A DNA stretch of 64,000 nucleotides from Eledone cirrhosa (taxonomy: Eukaryota): NCBI GenBank assembly GCA_964016885.1, contig OZ024741.1, positions 38,502,001 to 38,566,000 of the forward strand, given 5' to 3'. The translations under genes and the position numbers were made by a program. Below the pieces are notes generated by a model. It was not told the DNA's origin. It saw only the letters and a program-made list of their open reading frames with translations, and searched no databases. Positions 14,102 to 27,364 of this stretch are shown piece after piece; the stretch's first letter is position 1, and the number at the start of each line of letters is the position of its first letter.

Positions 14102-15169
14102 TTGTATCATGTGCTACGGACGACGCAAGAGCAATGGTCGGCCAACATAAGGGTTTGTTTAGTCACTCTTCTGAAGAGAGAAAATCTATCTGTATTTTTT
14201 GTTCATTGTGTCATTCATCAACAACACTTGGCTGCGAAGAAACTCAGCAAGCCGCTAAGAAAGTCCTTGCAGGTGGCCATTGATGTCATCAATTTTATCA
14301 AACGGCATTCCCTCAATGAGCGAATTTTCCGGCAACTGTGCCAAGATAATGACGAAGAATTCGTCAAGTTGCTCCTTTATAATGAAGTGAGGTGGCTTTC
14401 AAAAGGCACGTGTCTTACTCACTTCTTTGAACTGTTCGACTCTATCATTGAGTTTCTGCGAGGACCCAACACAGAACTGTACAAGAAAACCCTCGATGTG
14501 AGGCAAAACTGCGCCTACCTCACCGACATCTTCGACAAATGCAATAGCGTCATTTTGGCTTTGCAGGGGAAGAAAATCACCTTGCTTAAAGCAAGGAATG
14601 CTGTGAAAACATTCCTGGCCTAATTGAATGTCATCGAAAGGAATCTTTGTTGACAGGAATTCTATAATTTTCCTAGTGTCGCCAATGTTCAAAACATTGT
14701 AAGCGATGACCAACTCCAAATTTATACTGCTCACCTCCGTGCGCTACAAGACAACATGAGAGAACGGTTTGTCGTCCTTTTGCCGATGGATATCCCAATG
14801 TGGGTAGCAGATCCCTTCATAGCTAACGTCGATGATTTGGACGTTATATTTCAGGAAGAATTCATTGAACTTCAAGCAGATGATATGATCAAAATTATAT
14901 TTCCCAAAATAGGTGAACCCCTCTTTTGGATGCAAGAGGAAATTCAGCGTCGATTTTCACACCTACATGCAGAGGCTAAGAGATTTGCTCTGCCTTTTCC
15001 AAGCTCATACTTAGTCAAGAGGGGGTTTGGTGCTGTTTCCAGACTGCACAGTAAGGCTCGCAACCGCTACAATGTAATTGCACGTGGAGATCTCCGGCTA
15101 CATCTTACGAAAATCCAGCCTGGCATCAAAGAGTTAGCTAACCTCCATAAAGTTCAAGGGTCCCATTGA
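14102..15169 (+). pseudogene. Buster-type (ZBED8/SCAND3-like) hAT transposase, C-terminal two-thirds with stop codons
   Basis: Motifs VHCVIHQQHLAAK (CxxH), LLYNEVRWLSKG, AYLTDIF and LPFPSSYLVKRGF..RGDLRL. Stops at ~14621 and ~14651; no N-terminal BED region. Confidence 0.9.
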
Positions 15170-16719
15170 AATGAGGTCAAAGTTAAAGTAAGTTGATTTA
15201 TTCGAAAACTTGGATATGCTATTGTTACAAAGCAAACTAACAATTTTTTTATTTGTAGTTGCAGTCTGACTGGACTGAAAACCATCTACTACAATTCACT
15301 TACTCATTTGTTGTATATATTTTACCACTTACTAATAAATATACCCTCCCGCGTGGTCATGAAAACCCTCTTCCGTGATCTCTAAGCTCACAAAGCAGAG
15401 GGGAGATCAAGTTAGATATCAACATTTATTCTGTCCGTTTCATTAAAGGGAAAATTGGAAAGCTTTGAAATGATATAATTGCCACTTTCTTCCAGATAAG
15501 AGCAGTCTTTGGATAGACAGAGTTGCTCTTGTATAAATGTTCAAAATAGCTGGTATCGCCTGGTGGGAATATAACAAATTAAACTGGTCCTTATTCATAA
15601 AAACGAACATTTATGTTCCTTTTTTTTATTTATATATTTCCTTTCAAGGAATGTATTTATACTCTCAGCTGCCTGCAATGGTATCTTTGGAATATTGTTA
15701 ATCAATTTTTTTTATTAATCTACTGATATCAATATCAGTAGTATATTGAAAAATGGAAAAATAGGGTAGGGGGAGCCTTTCGTGATTTCGAGGGACAAAA
15801 GGGGGCGTTTGGCCTAAATGGGTTGAGAACCTGTGTTATAGATGATAAATTATGAGGGATACTAATTTATATTTAGTGTAAGTATTTAAATTAAATTAAA
15901 TTAAATTAACTGAGTTAATAAGATTACTTATATGTTTTTAATGTTTTACATTGGAAAAATATTGAAAATCCCAGTTTTGTTTATTTATTAGTTATTATGA
16001 GATAATTTTGACAGAGTTAGTTATTGGTTATAACTCTAATATTAAATAATTAAACAATTAAAAATTATTAAAAGTATAAGAAAATACTAAAACTATTTAA
16101 AAATTAAGACTATAAAATATTAACAATTCTAGATAAAATTCTTGAAAATTCCTGGAAAAACTTCCCACGAGATTTTTAAAAGATCTTAAAAAGACTCCGA
16201 AGATACTCAAACACCTTTTAAAAACATTTAAAAAGTGTTTAAAATTAATTAAAAACCTAAAATTATTCAGGAAATATAATTAAAAACCTAAAATTATTCA
16301 AAAAATATTAAGAAATATTAAGAAATATTTAAAAATACTTTAAAATATTTTAAAATATTTAAACATACTAGAAAAATACTAAAAAATATATTAAAAATAT
16401 TAAGATGACCCCAAAAATAGTTTTTTTGTAAATAAGTAATTTTTTAAAAACCTTTTAAGTAATTTTTCTAAAAAGATTATGAGATATTATGGAAGTAAGA
16501 TAAATAAAGATAAAAAATAAAGATATTTAAGAATTAAAAATATTAAAAAGTAAAGATATAAGAAGTAAATTATATATATTTAAGAAGTAAAAGATATTAA
16601 AATTAGAATTACATTAAATTTAAATTTAAAGATTTAGAATTTATGAACATATATGCATATATTTAAGAAATGAGATTATAGGTGTTTGGATAAAGTAAAC
16701 ATTATGTAGAGAAGATTAA

Positions 16720-17480
16720 ACGTGTAATTATATTTTATATACAGATCTAAAAGTTGAGTTTTGGCGATGTTTACAAGAACTAAATAAATTGTCACGTAAA
16801 TTAATGTAGTTTTTACATTTAAGTATGAAGAAATTTTCCTCAACACACAATTTGCAAAATTTGGATAAAGCTGTTTTTTTTGTAAGCGGGTGCTTATGAA
16901 ATTATATTCCAAGTTAAAGAATAGTCTCTATTTTTGGATTTTAAGTTCCATATCAAGTTGGATAGAGAAGTTGAAGATTTTTTACCAATATTATTAAACG
17001 AGCATTTATGGTTATTGAAACGAGATTTAAAGTCTTTAGAAGTTGAACCAACATAGTTAAAAGTATTATCATTGGTTTTGACATTGCATTTATAGACCAC
17101 ATTTTTAACTAAACAGTTATTTTTTAAAGGACAGTTAGATTTAATTCTACAATTACATTTATCAGAGTTTATATTATTCGGAACAGTATGATTATATTGG
17201 ATATTGCTAGAGGTATTAGTGCTATTCTGGTTAAGGTTTAGATTTCTATTATTGATTCCTTTTATATTTTGTGCTAGGTTCATAGAAGTAGAGTAAGATA
17301 GTTTAATTGTATGTCTGTTAAAGATTGAGTAATATCTATGGACCTTGAGAAAACATTTATCAAGAGCTTTAAAAAATAGTTTAGCTAAAGGTGTTTTAAT
17401 ACTTAGTGAAAATGGAGGAACATACCAGATTATGTTTCTAGTTCTATTTCTTCTGTTAGTTTTAGAGTTTATGCTAGAGT
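16720..17480 (-). pseudogene. PLE linker plus GIY-YIG endonuclease remnant, same type as 4053-5357
   Basis: IIWYVPPFS..IFNRHTIKLSYSTSMNL..CNCRIKSNCPLKNNCLVKNVVYKC..YVGSTSKDFKSRFNNH..CKLC..SCKH, with frameshifts and stops. Confidence 0.85.
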
Positions 17481-17881
17481 TTATGTAAATAAATATTTAT
17501 TATAATAAAATTCTAACAATTATTAGTAAATATACGCAACATAAATATGTAACATAATCATATTTACGTTATATGAACTCATCCTCGGATAAGCTTCTTT
17601 CTTCGCTCTTTCTTCACTCTATTTCTTCACTCTATTTCTACATATACTAATATTTTCTTTTCTTTTCTCTCTCTTCTTTTTTCTCTCTCTTCTTTTTTTC
17701 TCTCTCTTCTTCCCACAGCGTAATTTAAATAAACGGTTGGTTTTTCAATTTTTCGGACATTCATTTGCATATTCACACAGAACTTTGAATTACCCTCAAT
17801 AAAATGTTTCACTATACAGCGAATTTTCAACCGTCAAGGTTGTTTTCCACGGTTATGTCACTATTTATAAAACAAATTTTG

Positions 17882-17948
17882 TATTTTATCTGATGAAAGC
17901 GAACCAAGATTGCCTTGGTTGCCCTTGAAATATATATATAATAAAATA
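17882..17948 (+). ncRNA. Minimal type I hammerhead ribozyme (inverted partner of 12578-12642)
   Basis: TATTTTAT-CTGATGA-aagcgaaccaag attgc cttggttgccctt-GAAA-tatatatata-ATAAAATA. Confidence 0.75.
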
Positions 17949-18078
17949 ATTATGGTTTTATAAATATAGTTTCCATTTATCAATATATTGAATATTTACT
18001 CCAGTAAGCTGTTGAGTGCTCTATATTAGTTATAAACTTTTAAGTTTGTTGGAATCCCAACAAATTAAATATAACTTC

Positions 18079-18155
<77 letters not shown>

Positions 18156-18162
<7 letters not shown>

Positions 18163-19239
18163 CAAAGTTTAGCAAATAAGAAAAAGTTTCAAAATAAATT
18201 TTAAAAAATTAACTTTACTCGCTCTGGTTACCTTTACCGAATCGGTTTCGAGTCTCAAAAATAAACGGACAGTCCATACGGCATCCGTTGCAAAGATAAA
18301 CTCCGAGTGAAAAGGATCTTTTCACTCGGACGGAGAATATAACATTCCCGAGTTCAAATTACGAACTGGCGCTATTCAAAATTGTTCCCGAGATGAGAAT
18401 AAATGATGTGGGAGCAATTCTTTCAAGTGCCGTGTGTAAAGATAGAAGCAAAGGCAGGGAGGTCAATTTACTACCACTATAACTAGCAGCAGTCAGAACG
18501 ACCAAATTTTTTCTCGACCAAAAGGAGAATAATAGTAAAGTATATATATCCCTACACGCACAAAGCGCTTGGGGAAACATGTATGGTCCAACCATATGCC
18601 ATTGTGGTTCAATGGCAGGTTAATAAATTAACGAGCCAGAACATATATAATCAAAGTTTAGCAAATAAGAAAAAGTTTCAAAATAAATTTAAAAAAATTA
18701 ACTTTACTCACTTTGGTTACCTTTACCGAATCGGTACATGTTTCCCTGAGCGCTTTTTCCGTGTAGGGATATATATACTTTCTTATTACTCTCCTTTTGG
18801 TCGAGAACAAATTTGGTCGTTCTGACTGACTGCTGGTAGTAAATTAACCTCCCTGCCTTTGCTTCTATCTTTACACACGGCACTTGAAAGAATTGCTCCC
18901 ACATCATTTATTCTCATCTCGGGAACAATTTTGAATAGCGCCAGTTCGTAATTTAAACTCGGGAATTTTATATTCTCCGAGTGAAAAGATCCTTTGACGA
19001 GAGTTTATCTTTGCAACGGATGCCGTATGGACTGTCCGTTTATTTTTGAGACTCGAAACCGATTCGGTAAAGGTAACCAAACTGAATAAAGTTAATTTTT
19101 AAAAATTTATTTTGAAACTTTTTCTTATTTGGTAAACCTTGATTATATATGTTCTGGCTCGTTAATTTATTAACCTGCCATTGAACCACAATGGCATATG
19201 GTTGGACAATACATGTTTCCCTAAGCGATTTGTGCGTGT

Positions 19240-19245
<6 letters not shown>
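18156..19245. mobile_element. Non-coding ~475-490-bp unit repeat, head-to-head greater-than-monomer array with hammerhead (retrozyme-like family 1)
   Basis: Direct repeats at 18156/18646 and 18736/19211, inversion point ~18736, (TA)n on both flanks. Confidence 0.7.
18991..19073 (+). ncRNA. Type I hammerhead ribozyme with TTGACGA core (U3.G8)
   Basis: CCT-TTGACGA-gagt...actc-GAAA-ccgattcg-GTA-aagg. Confidence 0.6.
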
Positions 19246-19305
<60 letters not shown>

Positions 19306-19420
19306 ATATACATACATATATATATATATATTTTTTTTTTAAAGTTGAGACAGTAAACAGACGTGGAAAAAAACAACATGGAAGAGAATAGGCAGTACAA
19401 ATGTTAACATTAGTTTTACG

Positions 19421-19487
<67 letters not shown>

Positions 19488-19489
<2 letters not shown>

Positions 19490-21240
19490 GGCTGATACCT
19501 AACAAGCAAACCAACATTATAATAAATGTTCGGTAAACCCATACGTACATATATATATGTGTGCATGTATGTATATATATATATATACATACAACTTTGC
19601 GTCTGTACACATATATGTATGTACGTATACATACTTATATTTAGGTATCAGCCGTACCAAGAATGAGAAATGAAATTTCGTTTCATTTTTTTTCTCTATG
19701 TATCGTTTTCGGTATGCCCGGCCGACTAACTGACTCGATATGCAAATTAGGTTGCTCAGCCGTTAATATGCATAAGGAAAGTATATACTTTCGGACGTTC
19801 AATCATCTGACAGAAAGGTATACGATGCTGACGATAGCTAATAAGCTTGAAACTGGATCGTTCCTGTGTCAGTGTTGAACAAAAGGGCTACGATGGTTGC
19901 CGAGCACTGTACGGCGTAATTCGGGCTGTTTGTTTACAAACAAACCGAACATTATAATAAATGTTCGGTAAATCTATACGTACATATATATATGTGTGCA
20001 TGTATGTATATATATACATACCACTGTGCGTCTGTACACATATATGTATGTACGTATACATATACATATATATATATATATATCAACGGAAAAAATGAAA
20101 CGAAATTTCATTTCTCACTCTTAGTACGGCTGTTACTTAAATATAAGTATCTATACGTACATACATATATGTATACAGACGTACAGTAGTATGTATATAT
20201 ATATATATACATACATGCACACATATATATATGTACGTATGGATTCACCGAACATTTATTATAATGCTGGGTGTTTTTGTAAACAAACATCCCGAATTAA
20301 GCCGTACAGTGTCTAGCAGCCATCGTTGATCATTTGTTCCACACTGACAAAGGAACGCTCTACTAGTTTCAAGCTTATTACCTATCGTCAGCAACGTATA
20401 CCTTCCTGCCAGATGATTGAACGTCTGAAAGTATATACTTTCCTTATGCATATTAACGGCTGAGCAGCCTCATTTGCATATCGTGTGAGTTAATCAGCCG
20501 GGCGCGCCGAAAACGATAAACGGTAAAAATGAAACGAAATTTCATTTCTCACTCTTAGTACGGCTGTTACTTAAATATAAGTATGTATACGTACATACGT
20601 ATATGTATACAGACGTACAGTAGTATGTATATATATATACATACATGCACACATATATATATATGTACGTATGGATTCACCGAACATTTATATTAATGCT
20701 CAGTGTACGGCTGTTACTTAAATATAAGTATTTATACATACATACATATATGTATACAGAGGTACAGTAGTATGTATATATATATACATACATGCACACA
20801 TATATAAATGTACGTATACATACTTATATTTAAGTAACAGCCGAACTAAGAGTGAGAAATGAAATTTCGTTTCATTTTTCCGTTTTTCGTTTTCGGTGCG
20901 CCCGGCCGATTAACTCACTAGATATGCAAATTAGGCTGCTCAGCCGTTAATATCCATAAGAAAAGTATATACTTTCAGACGTTCAATCATCTGGCAGGGA
21001 GGTATACGATGCTGACGATAGCTAATAAGCTTGAAACTAGTACAGCGTTCCTTTGTCAGTGTTGAACAAATGAGCAACGATAGTTGCTAGACACTGTACG
21101 GCTTAATTCGGGATGTTTGTTTACAAACACACCGAGCATTAAAATAAATGCACATATATATATATGTGCATGTATGTATATATACATACTACTGTACGTC
21201 TGTATACATATATGTATGTACGTATACATACTTATATATA
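19488..21240. mobile_element. Non-coding 435-bp unit repeat in tandem and inverted array, each unit with a minimal hammerhead (retrozyme-like family 2)
   Basis: Periodicity 435 bp (19514/19949 and ~20125/20560). Orientation flips at ~20086 and ~20810. Hammerheads at 19822-19860 (+, damaged), 20355-20397 (-) and 21006-21048 (+). Confidence 0.78.
21006..21048 (+). ncRNA. Minimal type I hammerhead ribozyme
   Basis: ACGATG-CTGACGA-t-agct-aata-agct-t-GAAA-cta-GTA-CAGCGT, with palindromic stem III ACTAGT. Confidence 0.8.
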
Positions 21241-21246
21241 TATATA

Positions 21247-22255
<1,009 letters not shown>

Positions 22256-22268
22256 TATATATATATAT

Positions 22269-22347
<79 letters not shown>

Positions 22348-22714
22348 TATATATGCCTTTCCAAATATTCTTTCAGAATTAAAAATCACACACATATAGC
22401 CACACACATACATATACACACACACGCCCACGGACACACATACATACACACATATTCCCACACACGTTCACGCACATATATATAAGTGTATATACACTTA
22501 TAATTGTATAGATGTATATATATGGAGTGATGTCTTCATATATCTGATTTCATCATATTCATGAACACATTTCTGTTGTTCCAATACAAAAATAAGATAT
22601 ACAAATCATAATCAATTGATTGATTTATCGATCTGTATGGACAATGACCTGTTGACAAGTACACGCATTTATGCATTGCCTTGTGACGCCCACACATACA
22701 TACACCCCTCCATA

Positions 22715-22767
<53 letters not shown>

Positions 22768-22866
22768 AATTACATATCGATATATTGATGTGTATTACTA
22801 CATACATACACACACACATATATATATATATACATACACACACCCACACACATACATATATATAAA

Positions 22867-22924
<58 letters not shown>

Positions 22925-22927
22925 TAC

Positions 22928-23131
22928 GTTATTCCGGGTTGAATCGGAGGTAACCACAGCAAGTAAGGTACTCAATACATAGCAGAGTATAAAAGTTTTA
23001 ATATAGATGAGATTCTGAGATTCTACAGGACTAGAACAGTTTCATTCTTTAGAAATCATCAGGAATCTGGGTATCCAAAAATCCAATACCACTTTTATTT
23101 TTGGATACCCAGTTTTAGTCCTGTAGAATCT
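22928..23131 (-). mobile_element. Short PLE-type foldback fragment with hammerhead (23018-23068)
   Basis: Minus strand AGATTC-CTGATGA-tttctaaagaat-GAAA-ctgttcta-GTC-ctgtaGAATCT. Homologous inverted copy at ~62100-62236. Confidence 0.65.
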
Positions 23132-23178
23132 CATATATATTAAAACTATATATATATATATACATGCATATATATACA

Positions 23179-23222
<44 letters not shown>

Positions 23223-23223
23223 A

Positions 23224-23440
<217 letters not shown>

Positions 23441-23776
23441 TGTATATATGTGTGTAACTACGCATGCATAAATGCGTGTACTTGTTAACAGTCCTTAGAC
23501 ACGTACCATTATATTAGAGATAAGATATTTGTTCTTTCTTTGTCCTTCAAATCTATGGGAATCATTTACGGAGAGAAAAGGAAGTCATTGATGGAAGGCC
23601 AGAAGCAGATGAAAGAAAAGTAAAGAAAACACAAAGGTAGAGAAAAAAGAAAAGCAATGAAATTGTGTGATAATGGATAGTAAAAAATATCTATGTATGC
23701 GTGTGTGTGTTTGTGTATAGAGATATGTGTGTTCATAAACTCACACACACACACACATATATGTATATATATATAC

Positions 23777-23914
<138 letters not shown>

Positions 23915-23935
23915 AGAGAGAGAGAGAGAAGATAT

Positions 23936-23971
<36 letters not shown>

Positions 23972-24164
23972 AAAAGAGCGGGAGAGAAACAGAGAAACAG
24001 AGAGAGAGAGAGAGAATCATAGTAAATGTGTAGGTAAATAGAGAGACAAATAGATAAGAGGTAGATAGAGAGACGGAGTGTGAGTGAGATAGAGAGGGTG
24101 TGAGGGGGGGGGGGGGGGGGTGAGAGTGAGGAACAATATATAGTTGGGATAAAATCAATTCTAA

Positions 24165-24750
24165 AACATGTTAACCATACGACATGTTAATACATGTTAG
24201 CCATATGACACATGATGTTTCAATTCAACATGTTAACCATACGACAGATGTTTCAATACAACATGTTAACCATACGACATGTTAATACAACATGTTAACC
24301 ATACACGTCAATGCAACATGTTAACCACACGACATGTTATGTTTCAATACATCATGTTAACCATACGACATGTTAACACAACATGTTAACCATACGGCAT
24401 GTTAATAAATGTTAACCATACGACGCATCATGTTTCCAATACAACATGTTAACCATACGACACGCTATCTTTCAATACAACATATTAACCATACGACACG
24501 CTATGTTCCAATACAACATATTAACCATACGACACGCTATGTTCCAATACAACATGTCAACCATACGACACGCTATCTTTCAATACAACATATTAACCAT
24601 ACGACACGCTATCTTTCAATACAACATATTAACCATACGACACGCTATGTTCCAATACAACATATTAACCATACGATACGCTATGTTCCAATACAACATA
24701 TTAAGCATACGACACGCTATCTTTCAATACATGTTAACCACACGACATGT
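24165..24750. repeat. ~36-bp minisatellite with degenerate 5' part
   Basis: Repeated AATACAACATATTAACCATACGACACGCTATGTTCC. Confidence 0.9.
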
Positions 24751-25189
24751 TCTGATTCGCTTCCTAACAACAAATGTACAAAGAAACAAAACATAAGAGA
24801 AAAATCGATCCTAAAATAACAAAACAATACAAAAGGCTACAAACTCACCAAACAGCAAATAAAAATATTCTAAACAAAGCTATTCTAGATAAGACATGAA
24901 ACATCTTGGTCACAGGTCGTCTGCTAAAGGGTTGGTCACATATCGTCTGTTAATGGATCAATCTAAATTGTAAGCAGATTATGGGTGTGTATGTATAGAT
25001 GTATGAGTATATATATGTATGAATGCATGAGTATACAGATAAAAGTTTATATGTATGCATGTTTATATATCTATGTATGTATGTATGCATATATATATAT
25101 ATATGTATATATGCATGTATATATACATATATATATATTGCCACCGCCATAACTTCGATTTTACTAACCTTCCATTTATATATACTGTA

Positions 25190-25774
25190 TATATATATAT
25201 ATAAGTATGTATACGTACATACATATATGTATACAGACGTACAGTAGTATGTATATATATATATACATACATGCACACATATATATATGCACATATGGAT
25301 TCATCGAACATTTATTATAATGCTCGGTGTGTTTGTAAACAAACATCCCGTATTAAGCCGTAGTGTCCAGCAACCATCGTTGCTCGTTTGTTCAACACTG
25401 ACAAAGGAACGCTGTACTAATTTCAAGCTTATTAGCTATCGTCAGCAACGTATACCTTCCTGCCAGATGATTGAACGTCTGAAAGAATATACTTTCCTTA
25501 TGCATATTAACGGCTGAGTAGCCCAATTTGCATATCGAGTGGGTTAATCAGCCGGGTGCACCGAAAACGATAAACGGAAAAAAGGAAACGAAATTTCATT
25601 TCTCACTCTTAGTACGGCTGTTACTTAAATAGCTAATAAGCTTGAAACTAGTACAGGTTCCTTTGTTAGTGTTGAACAAACGAGCAACGATGGTTGCTAG
25701 ACACTACGGCTTAATACGGGATGTTTGTTTACAAACACACCGAGCATTATAATAAATGTTCGGTGAATCCATAC

Positions 25775-25809
<35 letters not shown>

Positions 25810-25940
25810 CATGTATGTATATATATATACATCCTACTGTACGTCTGTATAGATATATGTATGTACGTATACATACGTATATTTAAGTAACAGCCGTACT
25901 AAGAGTGGGAAATGAAATTTAGTTTCATTTTTTCCGTTTA
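25190..25940. mobile_element. Second locus of the 435-bp hammerhead unit family (inverted pair)
   Basis: Matches 20130-20570. Minus-strand hammerhead at 25409-25451 and orientation flip at ~25630. Confidence 0.78.
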
Positions 25941-26336
25941 TATATATATATATATATTAACTAAAGGTTAGTAAAATGGAAGTTATTGCGAGATAAAATG
26001 CTAACGAGATACAATTAGGTTTGCGCAAATCACTCGATAAGGATGTATCACCTAGAGTAATTAACATACGTTAAATAGCGTGACAAATTGAAAACTGTGG
26101 CAAGTGGGCCGAGCCACATAATACACCAAAGCAAGGAAAATACAATCAGGTTAGATAACAAACCTGGACTGCATCGATGGGTATTATGCAATACCTCCAA
26201 TAGATTTCTATGAAACCAAAATCAACAATCTTTCTTGTGCATTGAGCAAGTATTTGAAGGCCGCACCACGTACCCACGTTATCAACAGGTTTCCATTCTG
26301 TGCCTCAAACCGGTGGGAAGTGAGGCAGTAGGCCGC

Positions 26337-26383
<47 letters not shown>

Positions 26384-26657
26384 AAATTTAGTACAGCATC
26401 AACGAAGCCATGGTTGCAGCCAAGCTAACGAATGCAGTTTCGGTGTGCAGTTAAGCACTCGATAGGGTATATAACCCTAGAGTTATAACATTACGTTTAG
26501 ACAGCTTTGCAAAATGAAGACAGCGACCGATAGAAGGGCTGCAGTGACCATAGCGACGAAAAAGACTGAACTCAGGAATATTTTGACTAACCTGGACCAT
26601 TGCTTCGACATCATAGATAACACATAATACATATAATATATACCATATATATAAACA

Positions 26658-26737
26658 CAGGGTGTCCTAAAACAAAATGTATAAACACTTTGATTAGCAT
26701 GCTGTTGAAGTGTGTCTACATTTTGGGGGAGACCCTG
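26658..26737. mobile_element. Tiny Tc1/mariner-type MITE remnant
   Basis: CAGGGTGTCC...AAAATGTATAAACACTT and AAGTGTGTCTACATTTT...GAGACCCTG|TA form imperfect inverted ends. Confidence 0.5.
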
Positions 26738-26980
26738 TACATGTATGTAAACATGTATATAAGCATATATGTATGTACGTACTTATGAGTGTATATATAT
26801 ATATAAATGTAAAGAAAAAATTCGCTCTACATGGCTGAATACAATAAATGTAATCTGCGTTTTTCGCATATTAATAATAACATTCGATTCGTTTGCAATT
26901 ATTCAAACAAGCCTCAATTTTAAAGCCATGTCAGTAGAATGAACCCTTCATTATTGCTCTTGTGTTGGCATGTAAACATA

Positions 26981-27027
26981 ACTGCAGACACTAATGTTTC
27001 TGGGTATCACCCTTCATCAGTACAGCT
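26981..27027 (-). ncRNA. Type I hammerhead ribozyme
   Basis: GCTGTA-CTGATGA-a-gggt-gat-accc-a-GAAA-cattagt-GTC-TGCAGT. Confidence 0.75.
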
Positions 27028-27086
27028 CACTGTTAACCTGCCAACTGTCAGAGCTAGTGAAAATATATGCTATGTTCTAAAATATA

Positions 27087-27274
27087 CAGTGACTGATCGG
27101 CCTGATTAGCATATTTTTATTTGAATGTTGCTAAGCCGGCCATTTATCGCTCGTATATAGGGAACTGACTGGCCAGACTGCTGATATGCAAATCTAGGTG
27201 ATCAGTGGATTTGCTAATATGCAGATCTGACTGATAAGCCAGTCTGCTAATATGCTAATCAGGCCGATCAGTCA

Positions 27275-27277
<3 letters not shown>
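27087..27277. mobile_element. MITE-like element with perfect 29-bp terminal inverted repeats and TA flanks
   Basis: TA|CAGTGACTGATCGGCCTGATTAGCATATT ... AATATGCTAATCAGGCCGATCAGTCACTG|TA. Confidence 0.7.

Positions 27278-27360
<83 letters not shown>

Positions 27361-27364
<4 letters not shown>

Larger units (their letters stand above)
13217..15835 (+). mobile_element. hAT DNA transposon, Buster/Charlie-type, defective
   Basis: TIRs CAAAGGTTCTCAAC and GTTGAGAACCTGTG. Perfect 8-bp TSD TTATAGAT at 13209-13216 and 15836-15843, matching the Buster nnnTAnnn pattern. Confidence 0.93.
12538..18082 (-). mobile_element. Penelope-like element insertion with ~450-bp inverted pLTR arms, interrupted by a hAT transposon
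   Basis: 12538-12985 is the reverse complement of ~17484-17990, followed by a tail to 18082. (TA)n lies on both flanks, a GIY-YIG ORF remnant sits at 16720-17480, and both arms contain hammerheads. Confidence 0.8.

Noticed and set aside
24409-24819. Repeat protein (QHINHTTRYVPI)n
   Set aside because: A 36-bp minisatellite open in two frames, with frame-breaking degenerate units upstream.
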